A program made the translations under genes and the position numbers. The notes below the pieces were generated by a model. The model saw only the letters and a list, made by a program, of their open reading frames with translations. It searched no databases and had not been told where the DNA came from. Source: Schmidtea polychroa (taxonomy: Eukaryota). From it: a stretch of 64,000 bases of DNA. The DNA lies in assembly GCA_044892525.1 (NCBI GenBank), contig CM097885.1, forward strand, positions 868,001 through 932,000, written 5' to 3'. Shown here in pieces: positions 51,780 through 64,000 of this stretch; the first letter of the stretch is position 1; every line of letters begins with the position of its first letter.

Positions 51780-54700
51780 AATTATAATCATAATTTTCTT
51801 TAATTTAACCCTTTATTTACTTAATTTAGCCCTTGTTTACCGAATAAAGAAGTTTAAAATATAGACCATTGATTACTTTAATTTAAAAATGTATCCCTTA
51901 ATTTACATAATTTCCATCTAAAATTATTTCAAAAAAATTTTTTTTCTAAAATTGTCATTGAAAAATATTTCATAAAAGTTTTCATTTAAAATTTTCATTG
52001 AAAAATATTTCATAAAAATTTTTTTTAAAAATTATCTTAAAAATTATTCCATAAAAATTTCCATCTAAAATTACTTAAAAAATTTTCATTAAAAAATTTC
52101 AATTCTCAAATACCTTCTATTATTTTGTTAATAAATTTAAAATCTTACTTTAATTTGCTTATTACATTACTTATTTAAAAATTATTACTTTAATTTACTT
52201 ATTTAAAATATTTGACCATTGATTACTTAATTTAAAAATTTGGACCTTAATTTACTTTAATTTTAAATTTGGACCTTAATTTACTTTAATTGAAAATTTT
52301 AGACCTTAATTGAAAATTTTAGACCATAATTTTCATGTAAAATTGTCATTGAAAAAATTTTCATTTCTCAGGCGCCGTTTAGTAGGTGGTTAGGAGCCCG
52401 CTTCAAATGCAAGCCTTTTTTTTTGCTGCAACATTTGATTGCGCAATTGTTGCAACTTGTTTTTTTTCTATTGAAAATTCTAGAAAAAAAATATTCGTAG
52501 CTTACTGTACAGCAAAAAAAATGAGTTGCAACAATTGCGTAATCAAAATTTGCAGCAAAAAAAAAGTTGCCGCAGACCCCCTCCCCCCCCCCCTAAAATT
52601 TTCAATTAGGGTCTAAAATTTTCAATTAAAGTAAATTAAGGTACAAATTTTGAATTAAAGTTAATTAAGGGTCAAAATTTAAAATTAAAGTAAATTAAGG
52701 TTCTAAAAAATTAAATTAAAGTTAATTAAGGTCCAAATATTTTAAATAAGTAAATTAAAGTAATAATTTTTAAATAAGTAATGTAATAAGCAAATTAAAG
52801 TAAGATTTTAAATTTATTAACAAAATAATAGAAGGTGTTTGAGAATTGAAATTTTTTAATGAAAATTTTTATGAAATATTTTTCAATGACAATTTTAGAA
52901 AAAAAAATTTTTGAAATAATTTTAGATGGAAATTATTTAAATTAAGGGATACATTTTTAAATTAAAGTAATCAATGATCTATATTTTAAACTTCTATATT
53001 CGGTAAACAAGGACTAAATTAAGTAAATAAAGGGTTAAATTAAAGAAAATTATGATTATAATTATAATTAGATTTAAAGAATAATTACCTTTTCATTTAA
53101 CACTACAGTGTTAATTCTTACCATTTTAGAATAATATTTTTTATCAAAGTTCTTATCTTGATTTATTTAATTTTAATTGAAAGTAATGACGAAATAGAAC
53201 GTGTTGTCTTCAATTTTAATGAATTAATTTGAAATATTATTTAGATAAATATTTGTGTTTAAGGTATTCCTTAGTAATATTTTTTTTAGAGTTGATGGTT
53301 TTTGTGAATTTTTATCATTTTCATGAATTTCATGTGGATAGAATGAATATTTAAAAATTTTAAGTTAGTTCTAAGATAAATTTAATTAATTTCTTGATAA
53401 TTGGATGCATTTTTATTGATTGGTTTTTTAATTTTAAATAAAAATTATTTTTAATGACAGTTAGGTTATTAATCACGTGATAGGATATGACTTCGTAATA
53501 ATATTTTTTTTCATATATTTTCTAAGAATTTCATGTAGATTTATTTAAAAATTTAAAGTTTTAATGACGATTTTATTTGAATTTCTTGATAATTTGTTAA
53601 ATTTTAAATAAAAATTAATTTTTTTTAATGACTGTTAGGTTAATAATTAAGTAATTGGTTTAATTTTAGATGACTTTGTAATGCATTAGACTAAATAATT
53701 TTTTTCAATAATTTTCTAAGAATATTAACACATTGATGAACTTTTTTAAAAAAAACATAAGCTAAGAAACCAGTTAACCTTATAAAGAACTTTAAATTTA
53801 CTTGATAATTTACAGAAATAATATACAAAATTTAATTTACAGAAATAATTTACAAAATAATAATACAGAAATTTATGATTAAGTTTGCTTTTATGAACAA
53901 TCAATATATATCATCTCTAGTTAGGTATTTGATAGGTGAAATATTTGTAGTAAATAATAAGTTTATTATGTCTTTGTTACATAACTCGACTTTAGCGTCA
54001 AAATGTGTTTTTAAAATAAATTTTAATTTTAAAATACCGCAATGTAATATATTAATTTTTTCCTAACCTTCCTTGATTTTGATTGGTTAGAATTTGTTAC
54101 TATAAACAATAATAATCTATAAACAATAATAATCTATAAACAATAATCAATCATTAGTCAAATTTAACAAATAATTAACCTTTAAAAATGAATTCTTTAA
54201 TAGAAAACGTTATGAATGTTCGAGAAAAAATTCAGGAATTTGGTAAATTTTAATTTATTTATTAATTAATTTATTAATTAATTTAGATAATATTAATGAA
54301 GACAATTTAAAATCTTTATTTTTTCTTAAATTTTACATTTACATTATATTCTAAAAAGAGAGTTAATTATAACAATAATATTTCAATTTGTATAAAATTT
54401 TAATTAGTAATTATTCAATTTGAATAAAATATTTATTAGAAATTATTTAATTTATTATAAAATAAAACGCTGTGTTAATTTTAAATAAACTGGATATTAA
54501 TTTTTTGGAAAAAATAAATATATAAAATAGTCTAAAAGGTTAAATTATGGTCTAAAATTTAAAATTTAAAAATTGAAAATTGAAAATTAAAAACTAAACT
54601 AATCAAACTAAATCAAACGCTATAACCTTAATTCAAGAATTCACTAAAGTAGATCAGAAGATATTAATTATCAAAATGTAACAAAGACTCTGAAATTCAT

Positions 54701-57700
54701 CAATTTCATCTAATGACCTGGTGATATTCAATACCATTCTCAAGAATGCTAAAGTCGGGAATTCTTTGAATTTAACAATTTCATCTAACTATCCGGCGAT
54801 ATTCGATCCGATTCTATAAAGTATTTATCTTTGTAGTTGAATAAAAGTTTATTGTTGATTATAGTTTATCATTAATTATTTTTTTGTTAGGGGTGTTAAA
54901 GAAAATACTTGACTGATTCATTTTTCTCAGATAAAATTTGTTCTGTAATCGGGAAATTCAAGGATGAGAATAAAGGAAATCAATATAAAGAATGGGTGTT
55001 TCTTCGTCCCAAGTGCTACTCACTCCAAGGCGATAAAACACTCTAAAAGCCAAAGGAATAAGACTTACAAATTCTAATATCACCCATGAAGCTTATAAAA
55101 AAAGTGTATACTGATGGTGGAACAGTGAGCATCCCATTAAAAAAGAATAGGAAGTGTCAATCATCAGTTGTATACTTTCATGACAGAAAAACGAGCTCTC
55201 CAATGTTTGGACGATAAAAGGCATTGGTACAATTGTAATGAAAGCTATGCCTACGGTCACTATAAGATTCGTCACATGCATATTGCAACTTCTATGTCTA
55301 GAAATGAATGCAAATCGAAACAAGCACTTTAACAATTAAATTTATGTGAATAATAAAATATATATTGTGAATTATTTGACTTCGTTAATTAAAATATGTT
55401 TTATCATTTAATAATTCATTTGTCCAATTAATTTAGATAATTAGTTTTAAGTAAGAATTATTATTTATCATGAAAAACTTTGCTTTGTTTTGAAAAATTA
55501 ATGCCCATTTTATTTTAAATTAACACAGCTTTATTTTATGATAATTACTAATTAAAATTTTATTCAAATTGAAATATTATTGTTGCAATTTACACTCTTG
55601 TTAGAATATATTAAATGTAAATGTAAAATAATAACAATAAAAAAAACATAATAATAATAATAAATAAATAAAAATTAAATTAAAAAAAAAATTAATTAAA
55701 TAACGTAAGTAATTAAAATAAAATATTAATAAATAATTAATTAATTAAATGTAATAAATTGAAAATTAACTAAAGTAATTAATTAAAACAAAAAACATAA
55801 TAAAATAATTAATTAATAAATTTAAAAAAAAAATTAAATAGTAGTAATTAAATAAATTTAAAAAATAAATAAATAGAAATGATTCTATTGACCTATATTT
55901 GACCTGGACATTGGGATGACCTTGAAAGTGTCCTGGAGTCCTCACTATATACTACTAATTATAATCATAATTTTCTTTAATTTAACCCTTTATTTACTTA
56001 ATTTAGCCCTTGTTTAGCGAATATAGAAGTTTAAAATGTAGACCATTGATTACTTTAATTTTAAAATGTATCCCTTAATTTACATGATTTCCATCTAAAA
56101 TTATTTCAAAAAAATTTTTTTTCTAAAATTGTCATTGAAAAATATTTCATAAAAGTTTTCATTTAAAATTTTCATTGAAAAATATTTCATAAAAATTTTT
56201 TTTAAAAATTATCTTAAAAATTATTCCATAAAAATTTCCATCTAAAATTACTTAAAAAATTATTTCATAAAAATTTTCATTAAAAAATTTCAATTCTCAA
56301 ACACCTTCTATTATTTTGTTAATAAATTTAAAATCTTACTTTAATTTGCTTATTACCCTACTTATTTAAAAATTATTACTTTAATTTACTTATTTAAAAT
56401 ATTTGACCATTGATTACTTAATTTAAAAATTTGGACCTTAATTAACTTTAATTTAATTTTTTAGAACCTTAATTTACTTTAATTTTAAATTTTGACCCTT
56501 AATTAACTTTAATTCAAAATTTGGACATTAATTGAAAATTTTAGACCATACTTTTCCATAAAATTGTCATTGAAAAAATTTTCATTTCTCAGGCGCCGTT
56601 TAGTAGGTGGTTAGGAGCCCGCTTCAAATGCAAGCCGTTTGCGCAATTGTTGCAACTTGTTTTTTTTCTATTGAAAATACTAAAAAAAAAATAATCGTAG
56701 CTTACTGTACAACAAAAAAAATGAGTTGCAACAATTGCGTAATCAAAATTTGCAGCAAAAAAAAAGTTGCCGCAGACCCCCTCCCCCCCCCTGAAATTTT
56801 CAATTAAGGTCTAAAATTTTCAATTAAGTAATTAAGGTCTAAATTTCTCAATTACAGTAAATTATGGTTCTAAAAAATTAAATTACAGTAAATTATGGTC
56901 CAAATTTTCAAAAACAGTAAATTATGGTATATATTTTTAAACTTAAGTATATTAAGGTCTAAAATTAAGTAAATTAAAGTAAATTAAGGTACAAATTTTG
57001 AATTAAAGTTAATTAAGGGTCAAAATTTAAAATTAAAGTAAATTAAGGTTCTAAAAAATTAAATTAAAGTTAATTAAGGCCCAAAGTTTTAAATTAAGTA
57101 ATCAATGGTCAAATATTTTAAATAAGTAAATTAAAGTAATAATTTTTAAATAAGTAATGTAATAAGCAAATTAAAGTAAGATTTTAAATTTATTAACAAA
57201 ATAATAGAAGGTGTTTGAGAATTGAAATTTTTTAATGAAAATTTTTATGAAATATTTTTCAATGACAATTTTAGAAAAAAAAATTTTTTGAAATAATTTT
57301 AGATGGAAATTATTTAAATTAAGGGATACATTTTTAAATTAAAGTAATCAATGATCTATATTTTAAACTTCTATATTCGGTAAACAAGGACTAAATTAAG
57401 TAAATAAAGGGTTAAATTAAAGAAAATTATGATTATAATTATAATTAGATTTAAAGAATAATTACCTTTTCATTTAACACTACAGTGTTAATTCTTACCA
57501 TTTTAGAATAATATTTTTTATCAAAGTTCTTATCTTGATTTATTTAATTTTAATTGAAAGTAATGACGAAATAGAACGTGTTGTCTTCAATTTTAATGAA
57601 TTAATTTGAAAGATTATTTAGATAAATATTTGTGTTTAAGGTATTCCTTAGTAATATTTTTTTTAGAGTTGATGGATTTTGTGAATTTTTATCATTTTCA

Positions 57701-58660
57701 TGAATTTCATGTGGATAGAATGAATATTTAAAAATTTTAAGTTAGTTCTAAGATAAATTTAATTAATTTCTTGATAATTGGATGCATTTTTATTGATTGG
57801 TTTTTTAATTTTAAATAAAAATTATTTTTAATGACAGTTAGGTTAATAATCACGTGATAGGATATGACTTTGTAATAATATTTTTTTTCATATATTTTCT
57901 AAGAATTTCATTTAGATTTATTTAAAAATTTAAAGTTTTAATGACGATTTTAATTGAATTTCTTGATAATTTGTTAAATTTTAAATAAAAATTAATTTTT
58001 TTTAATGACTGTTAGGTTAATAATTAAGTAATTGGTTTAATTTTAGATGACTTTGTAATGCATTTGACTAAATAATTTTTTTCAATAATTTTCTAAGAAT
58101 ATTAACACATTGATGAACTTTTTTAAAAAAACATAAGCTAAGAAACCAGTTAACCTTATCAAGAACTTTAAATTTACTTGATAATTTACAGAAATAATAT
58201 ACAAAATTTAATTTACAGAAATTATTTACAAAATAATAATACAGAAATTTATGATTAAGTTTGCTTTTATGAACAATCAATATATATCATTTCTAGTTAG
58301 GTATTTGATAGGTGAAATATTTGTAGTAAATAATAAGTTTATTATGTCTTTGTTACATAACTCGACTTTAGCGTCAAAATGTGTTTTTAAAATAAATTTT
58401 AATTTTAAAATACCGCAATGTAATATATTAATTTTTTCCTAACCTTCCTTGATTTTGATTGGTTAGAATTTGTTCCTATAAACAATAATAATCTATAAAC
58501 AATAATCAATCATTAGTCACATTTAACAAATAATTAACCTTTAAAAATGAATTCTTTAATAGAAAACGTTATGAATGTTCGAGAAAAAATTCAGGAATTT
58601 GGTAAATTTTAATTTATTTATTAATTAATTTAGATAATATTAATGAAGACAATTTAAAAT
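50168..58660 (+). repeat. Tandem duplication, ~4.1-4.3 kb units (50168-54313 and 54314-58660)
   Basis: Paired ORFs 50916/55093, 52386/56607 and 53875/58251; the junction lies inside pPolB-B exon 2. Confidence 0.92.
54930..55331 (+). pseudogene. pPolB-C 3' fragment followed by a right TIR ending at 55956
   Basis: IGKFKDENKG..LRPKCY; duplicate of 50750-51154. Confidence 0.85.
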
Positions 58661-60171
58661 CGAAGATTAAAGGAAATTTGAAAAGAAAAAGTAAACATAA
58701 TTTTTAATTTATTAATTTAATTAATTAATAATTTAGGTAATACGAATAAAGAGAAAAAATATGTCAATGTGTCAATAAATCGAAATGGAAATTTACAATG
58801 TAAGTATTGATTACTTTTTATAATTTAAAGGAAATTTAATATAATTTTTTATTTAAGTAAATGTTAATATTTTTAATTTAGTAAATTTTTATTTTTTAGT
58901 AAATAAAATTTGTAAAATAATAATAATTTGCAAATTTTTGCGTAAACATTTATTAAAATCTTTCATTTAAATTATATATTTTTATTAAATTTTTTATTTT
59001 ATAGGTATACTTTATCTAAATTATTGTTCACGAAAAAACATGATAATAATTGCCATTCTATAATGGAGAATTATTACACGAAAAAATATTATAATAAAAC
59101 TTATTTTATATGTCACGTATGTAAGACTAGTGACCCTGTAACATGTAGCGTTTTTTATAATAAACATAAAAAACATTTAGATAGATTTAATTTTAAAAAA
59201 GATAGTGTTTTTAAAAGACCCTCAACTATAGAAAAAAATAATACAAATAAAAAAATTAAATTAGATACTTCTTCTTTTGAATCCCAGGTCGGATTAGAGG
59301 TTGAATCCCAGGCTGGATTGTCTTTTGTTGAATTCCAGGTCGGATTGTCTTTTGTTGAATCCAATGATGGATTGGTTGTTGAATCCCAGGTCGGATTGGT
59401 TGTTGAATTCAATGATTGATTATTCACTTCCTTTGATTCTTGGGATGGATTAAATATAATACAAATAGGTGGAAATGTATCGACAATACAAAGAGATTTA
59501 AGAGGTACCCATCAAATATTAAGTTTAAATACTAGCGACTTAAATATAAAAGAAATAATATTTCCTGAACAACTAATAATAAAATTACGAGATATTATTA
59601 ACGAATTAGGATCCGTCAAAATTCAATTCGGAATAACAATCGAATTTGAAAAAGACGGGGAAATAAAGGTTAATAATATCTCCAATTACGCAAAACCTTT
59701 AACTGCATATTTTTTGATCAAGGCATTAAGGAACTAAATGAGAAAATAACTAATATTACAAAGTTAGGAAGCAATTGGATTATAAAAAATATAACAGAAA
59801 TCCACTTCACTATAACAAAAATAAGTAGGTTAAGTAGATTAAGTGGTAGGAGTTTCATTGAAACACCTACTTATCTAAAAAATAAATATTGTTTAATTAA
59901 TATAAAAAACACTGATGATTCATGTTTTTTATATAGCATTTTAGCTATTTTAAAATATGATGAAGTTAGTAGTTATGCTAGAAATAGGACATCGAGTTAT
60001 AATTTATCCGACTTAGTATACGACCCGTTAGAATTACCTATGAAATTTAAAGACATTAGGAAATTTGAATCTAAAAATTCGGGTTTAATAATTAATGTTT
60101 TTTCATATGATAATAGCAAACAATTAACTGATAATTATGTATTAAAACATCCACATTTAGATATTATACAT
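58547..60171 (+). pseudogene. pPolB-B 5' part with the three introns, truncated
   Basis: Same exon/intron layout as the 31830 copy; stop at 59417. Confidence 0.88.
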
Positions 60172-60207
60172 CCCAAAAACGCCATCGCTCTGATAGACAA
60201 CTTACCC

Positions 60208-61110
60208 GTAAAGGCAAAGAATTCAAAGTTTTGACTGCTTTAGCTAAAGAATCATTAACAAATTCATAAGAATCAATTCTTTTGCCTAATTGCGCATTCA
60301 AAGAAATAAATTTTTCAGTCGTTATTGGGATGCAACCTTAAGTCTAAATTTTAAATTTATTTATTCCGTATTTAAGTATATGATGCATATCGTATCCCTT
60401 CAAGTTGTGAAATACGATAGGCAAAATTTTATTTATTTTCTTATTTTTGTTACATGTGCTACAAGCTGCACCCAAATATTTCCCTGTAAAATGATCGTGA
60501 TCTCTAACAGGATCAACGATAGATTTCATACAAAGATAACAAACAGATGCACCAACAAATTGACGTTGTTCAATTTTCGTTAATTTAATCATAGGTTTCC
60601 TACCCATTTTATAATAAAAAGGAAGAACCTTATTTAATGCTATATCCTCTATAGCACTTAAAAAACTCTCGACGCAATCTAAACCTATGAACTGTTGATA
60701 AGATTTAGATACGTCAAAGTTATTTACAAGTAAAAGACCAGCAGATATTGTCATGTGTCGTTGGAAATGAACATTATCAGAAGGTAAAATAGCCTCAAAA
60801 TCGGCATCAACTACAAAAGGAGGAGGTACTGTTTTCGACCAGTCACTAAACTGCAATAATTTATTTTGAGGGAAAGTGTAAAGAGTTGTTCCTAATTGAT
60901 TACGTTTACATAATATTTCATGTTTTTCCAGTGCGTGTTTGTACCTAAACATATTCAAACACCGATGGCACCATAATGAACTTATGCGTGTAGGACAACT
61001 AGTGTTGATACCACAATTCAGTAACCTATTTAAATTACTTATAGCAACGTAATGGAAATTGTTTCCTTTATTTAAAAGTAGTAAATTAATTACAGTTCCA
61101 TTTAAAACTG
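60208..61110 (-). pseudogene. Inverted pPolB-B exonuclease/EndoVII segment
   Basis: ORF 60344-60958. Confidence 0.9.
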
Positions 61111-61194
61111 TTTTCGACCAGTCAGTAAACTGTAATAATTTATTTTGAGGGAAGGTGTAAAGAGTTGTTCCTAACTGATTTTTTATGTGTTTAG

Positions 61195-61996
61195 TAATTG
61201 GAGATATTATTAACCTTTATTTCCCCGTCTTTTTCAAATTCGATTGTTATTCCGAATTGAATTTTGAGGGAGCCTTATTCGTTAATAATATCTCGTAATT
61301 TTATTATTAGTTGTTCAGGAAATATTACTTCTTTTATATTTAAGTCGCTGTATTTAAGCTTAATATTTGATGGGTCCTCTTATATCTCTTTTACTGTCGG
61401 TACATTTCCACCTATTTGTATTATATTTAATCCATCCCAAGAATCAAAGGAAGTGAATAATCCATCATTGGATTCAACAACCAATCCGACCTGGGATTCA
61501 ACAAAAGGCAATCCGACCTGGGATTCAACAACCAATCCATCATTGGATTCAACAAAAGGCAATCTGACCTGGGATTCAACAAAAGACAATCCGTCCTGGG
61601 ATTCAACAACCAATCCATCATTGGATTCAACAAAAGACAATTCGACCTGGAATTCAACAAAAGACAATCCAGCCTGGGATTCAACCTCTAATCCGACCTG
61701 GGATTCAAAAGAAGAAGTATCTAATTTAATTTTTTTATTTGTATTATTTTTTTCTATAGTTGAGGGTCTTTTAAAAACACTATCTTTTTTAAAATTAAAC
61801 CTATCTAAATGATTTTTATGTTTATTATTAAAAACGCTATATGTTACAGGGTCACTAGTCTTACATACGGGACATATAAAATAAGTTTTATTATAATATT
61901 TTTTCGTGTAATAATTCTCCGTTATAGAATGGCAATTATTATCATGTTCTTTCGATGAACAATAATTTGGATAAAGTATACCTATAAAATAAAAAT
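61195..61996 (-). pseudogene. pPolB-B N-terminal fragment with expanded ESQVGL/ESNDGL repeat
   Basis: Matches 16325-17075. Confidence 0.88.
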
Positions 61997-63298
61997 TTAA
62001 ATAACGTCATCGATATCGATATCATATTCTCCAAAATCTTCTCCAACATCTTCAATAAATTCTTCCTCATCTTTTCCAACATTTTCATCAAATTTATCTC
62101 CATCAATTTCTCCAATATTTTCTCCAACAATTTCTCCAACATTTTCACCAATATTTAATTCACTTAATCTTACATGCCTATATGCAAGACTAGTATTTTT
62201 CCCCACCCAAACCCTTTTGTCATCTTTGTTAGTTAGTGCTATTTTATTATTTTTAATTGTAAAAATTTGATGATTTTTGTTTGTTAATTTTGTTTGAGGA
62301 ATCGAAAAAATTTGATTAGTTTTATAACAATCCAGGTATGACTGATGTTTTATGTCACTACCTTTCAATGTTACACCTTTAGCCTTTTTTGTTTCCTCAT
62401 CACCCAACAAGCTATAACACTTGGGTCTAAGAAAAACCCATTCCTTATATTTAAGACCTTTATTCTCGTCTTTGAACTTTCCAATGACAGAATCAAGGTT
62501 CTTACTATATAAGGAATGACAACTATTGTAATTGTAAGTATGTAATAAATTATTTCGAATCATTGCAGGTAAAAGAACCTCAAGTTTACAGTTAATGACT
62601 TCGAGGAAAAAAGAGTCTGTATCACCTGCAACGATATTAATTTTATTAACAAATTGATAAGAATCAATGAATCTTAAGCTTATTTTGTCTAAATGCGCAA
62701 TCAAAGAAATAAATTTTTCAGTCGTGATTGGGATGCAACCTAAAGTCCAATTTTTAAATTTGTTTAAACCATATTTAAGAATATGGTGCATATCGTATCT
62801 CTTCAAGTTGTGAAATACGATAGGCAAAATTTTATTTATTTTCCTATTTATGTTGCATGTGCTACAAGCTGCACCCAAGTATTTCCTAGTAAAATGATTG
62901 TGATCTCTAACAGGATCGACGATACATTTCAAACAAAGGTAACAAACAGATGCACTAACAAATTGACGTTGTTCAATTTTTGTTAATTTCATCATAGGTT
63001 TGCTTCCCATTTTATAATAAAAAGGAAGAACCTTATTTAATGCTATATCCTCTATAGCACTTAAAAAACTCTCGACGCAATCTAAACCTATGAACTGTTG
63101 ATAAGATTTAGATCCATCAAAATTATTTACAAGTAAAAGACCAGAAGATATTGGCATGTGTCGTTTGAAATGAACATTATCGGAAGGTAAAATAGCCTCA
63201 AAATCGGCATCAGCTACAAAAGGAGGAGTTACTGTTTTCGACCAGTCAGTAAACTGTAATAATTTATTTTGCGGGAAGGTGTAAAGAATTGTTCCTAA
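61997..63298 (-). pseudogene. pPolB-B in-frame deletion derivative (386-aa ORF)
   Basis: FIDSYQFVN|KINIVAGDTDS fusion lacking ExoIII and motifs A and B. Confidence 0.88.
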
Positions 63299-64000
63299 CT
63301 GATTTTTTATGTGTTTAGTTAATGTTTATATGTTTTGTTATGTGTCTAGTTATTTTTATGTGTTTAGTTAATTTTTATGTGTTGTATAGTATTTGGTTGA
63401 AATAATAATATTATTATTAATCTATAAAAAAAAATTTCATTAAAAAAATTTACTTAAAAAATTAATCCACTAAAATTTTCGTTGAAAATTATCTTAAAAA
63501 ATTTTTATTAAAGATTTTCATTAAAAAATTTCAATTCTTAATTACTGACTATTATTCCAACTTTTTGTTAATAAATTTAAAAATCTTACTTTAATTTACT
63601 TATTACTTTAATTAAAAAATTTGAAACTTAATTTACTTATTTCAGCCCATTGATTACCAAATATATCTATTAATTTACTTTAATTCAAAAATCTTAGCCC
63701 ATAATTTACTATATTTCAATTTTTAGACCCTTAATTTACTGTAATTCAATTTTTGAACCATCATTTACTTTAATTTTAAATTTAAGAACCATAATTTACT
63801 TTAGTTTAAAAATTTGAACCTTAATTAACTAATAAAAGTTAAATTATCATTTTCAATTAATATTTTACAAACATAAAATTACAATATTTGAAATTCTAAA
63901 TATCTCTATTAACATGTTTGCAATTAATTTTAAAAATACAAAAATTTTACAAAATTTTCAAATTGAATATTAAATATTTTTTTAATTTGCATTTGATAAT

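Noticed and set aside
52386..52616. Duplicated ORF MVRSPLQ (also 56607)
   Set aside because: GTG start, spans a hairpin and homopolymers, and the two copies differ by indels; better explained as non-coding.
53875..54066. Small ORFs upstream of pPolB-B (also 58068, 58251)
   Set aside because: No recognisable domain or consistent splice model; conservation reflects recent duplication.

Overview
Very AT-rich eukaryotic DNA. The short ~45-nt introns and NeSL-type retroelements suggest an invertebrate such as a planarian (inference). No ordinary host gene is recognisable: the window is a nested cluster of mobile elements. It is dominated by more than ten copies or fragments, from at least 3-4 subfamilies, of a protein-primed family-B DNA polymerase (Polinton/Maverick/adintovirus-type, with an EndoVII-like insert). 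Two divergent subfamilies share three phase-1 spliceosomal introns at the 5' end. The gene lies close to AGTAG-type termini and repeat-array arms, and I see no integrase, ATPase, protease or capsid gene, which points to a single-gene or segmented pPolB element. Copies show recurrent deletions, a copy-back structure, palindromes and tandem duplication. Also present: an intact MULE transposase, a complete hAT element (TIRs, 8-bp TSD) inserted in pPolB, degraded NeSL/R2-like retrotransposons with an apparently inactive Ulp1-like domain, a tRNA-like Pol III unit and a thrice-repeated conserved hairpin. All translations and alignments were done by eye.
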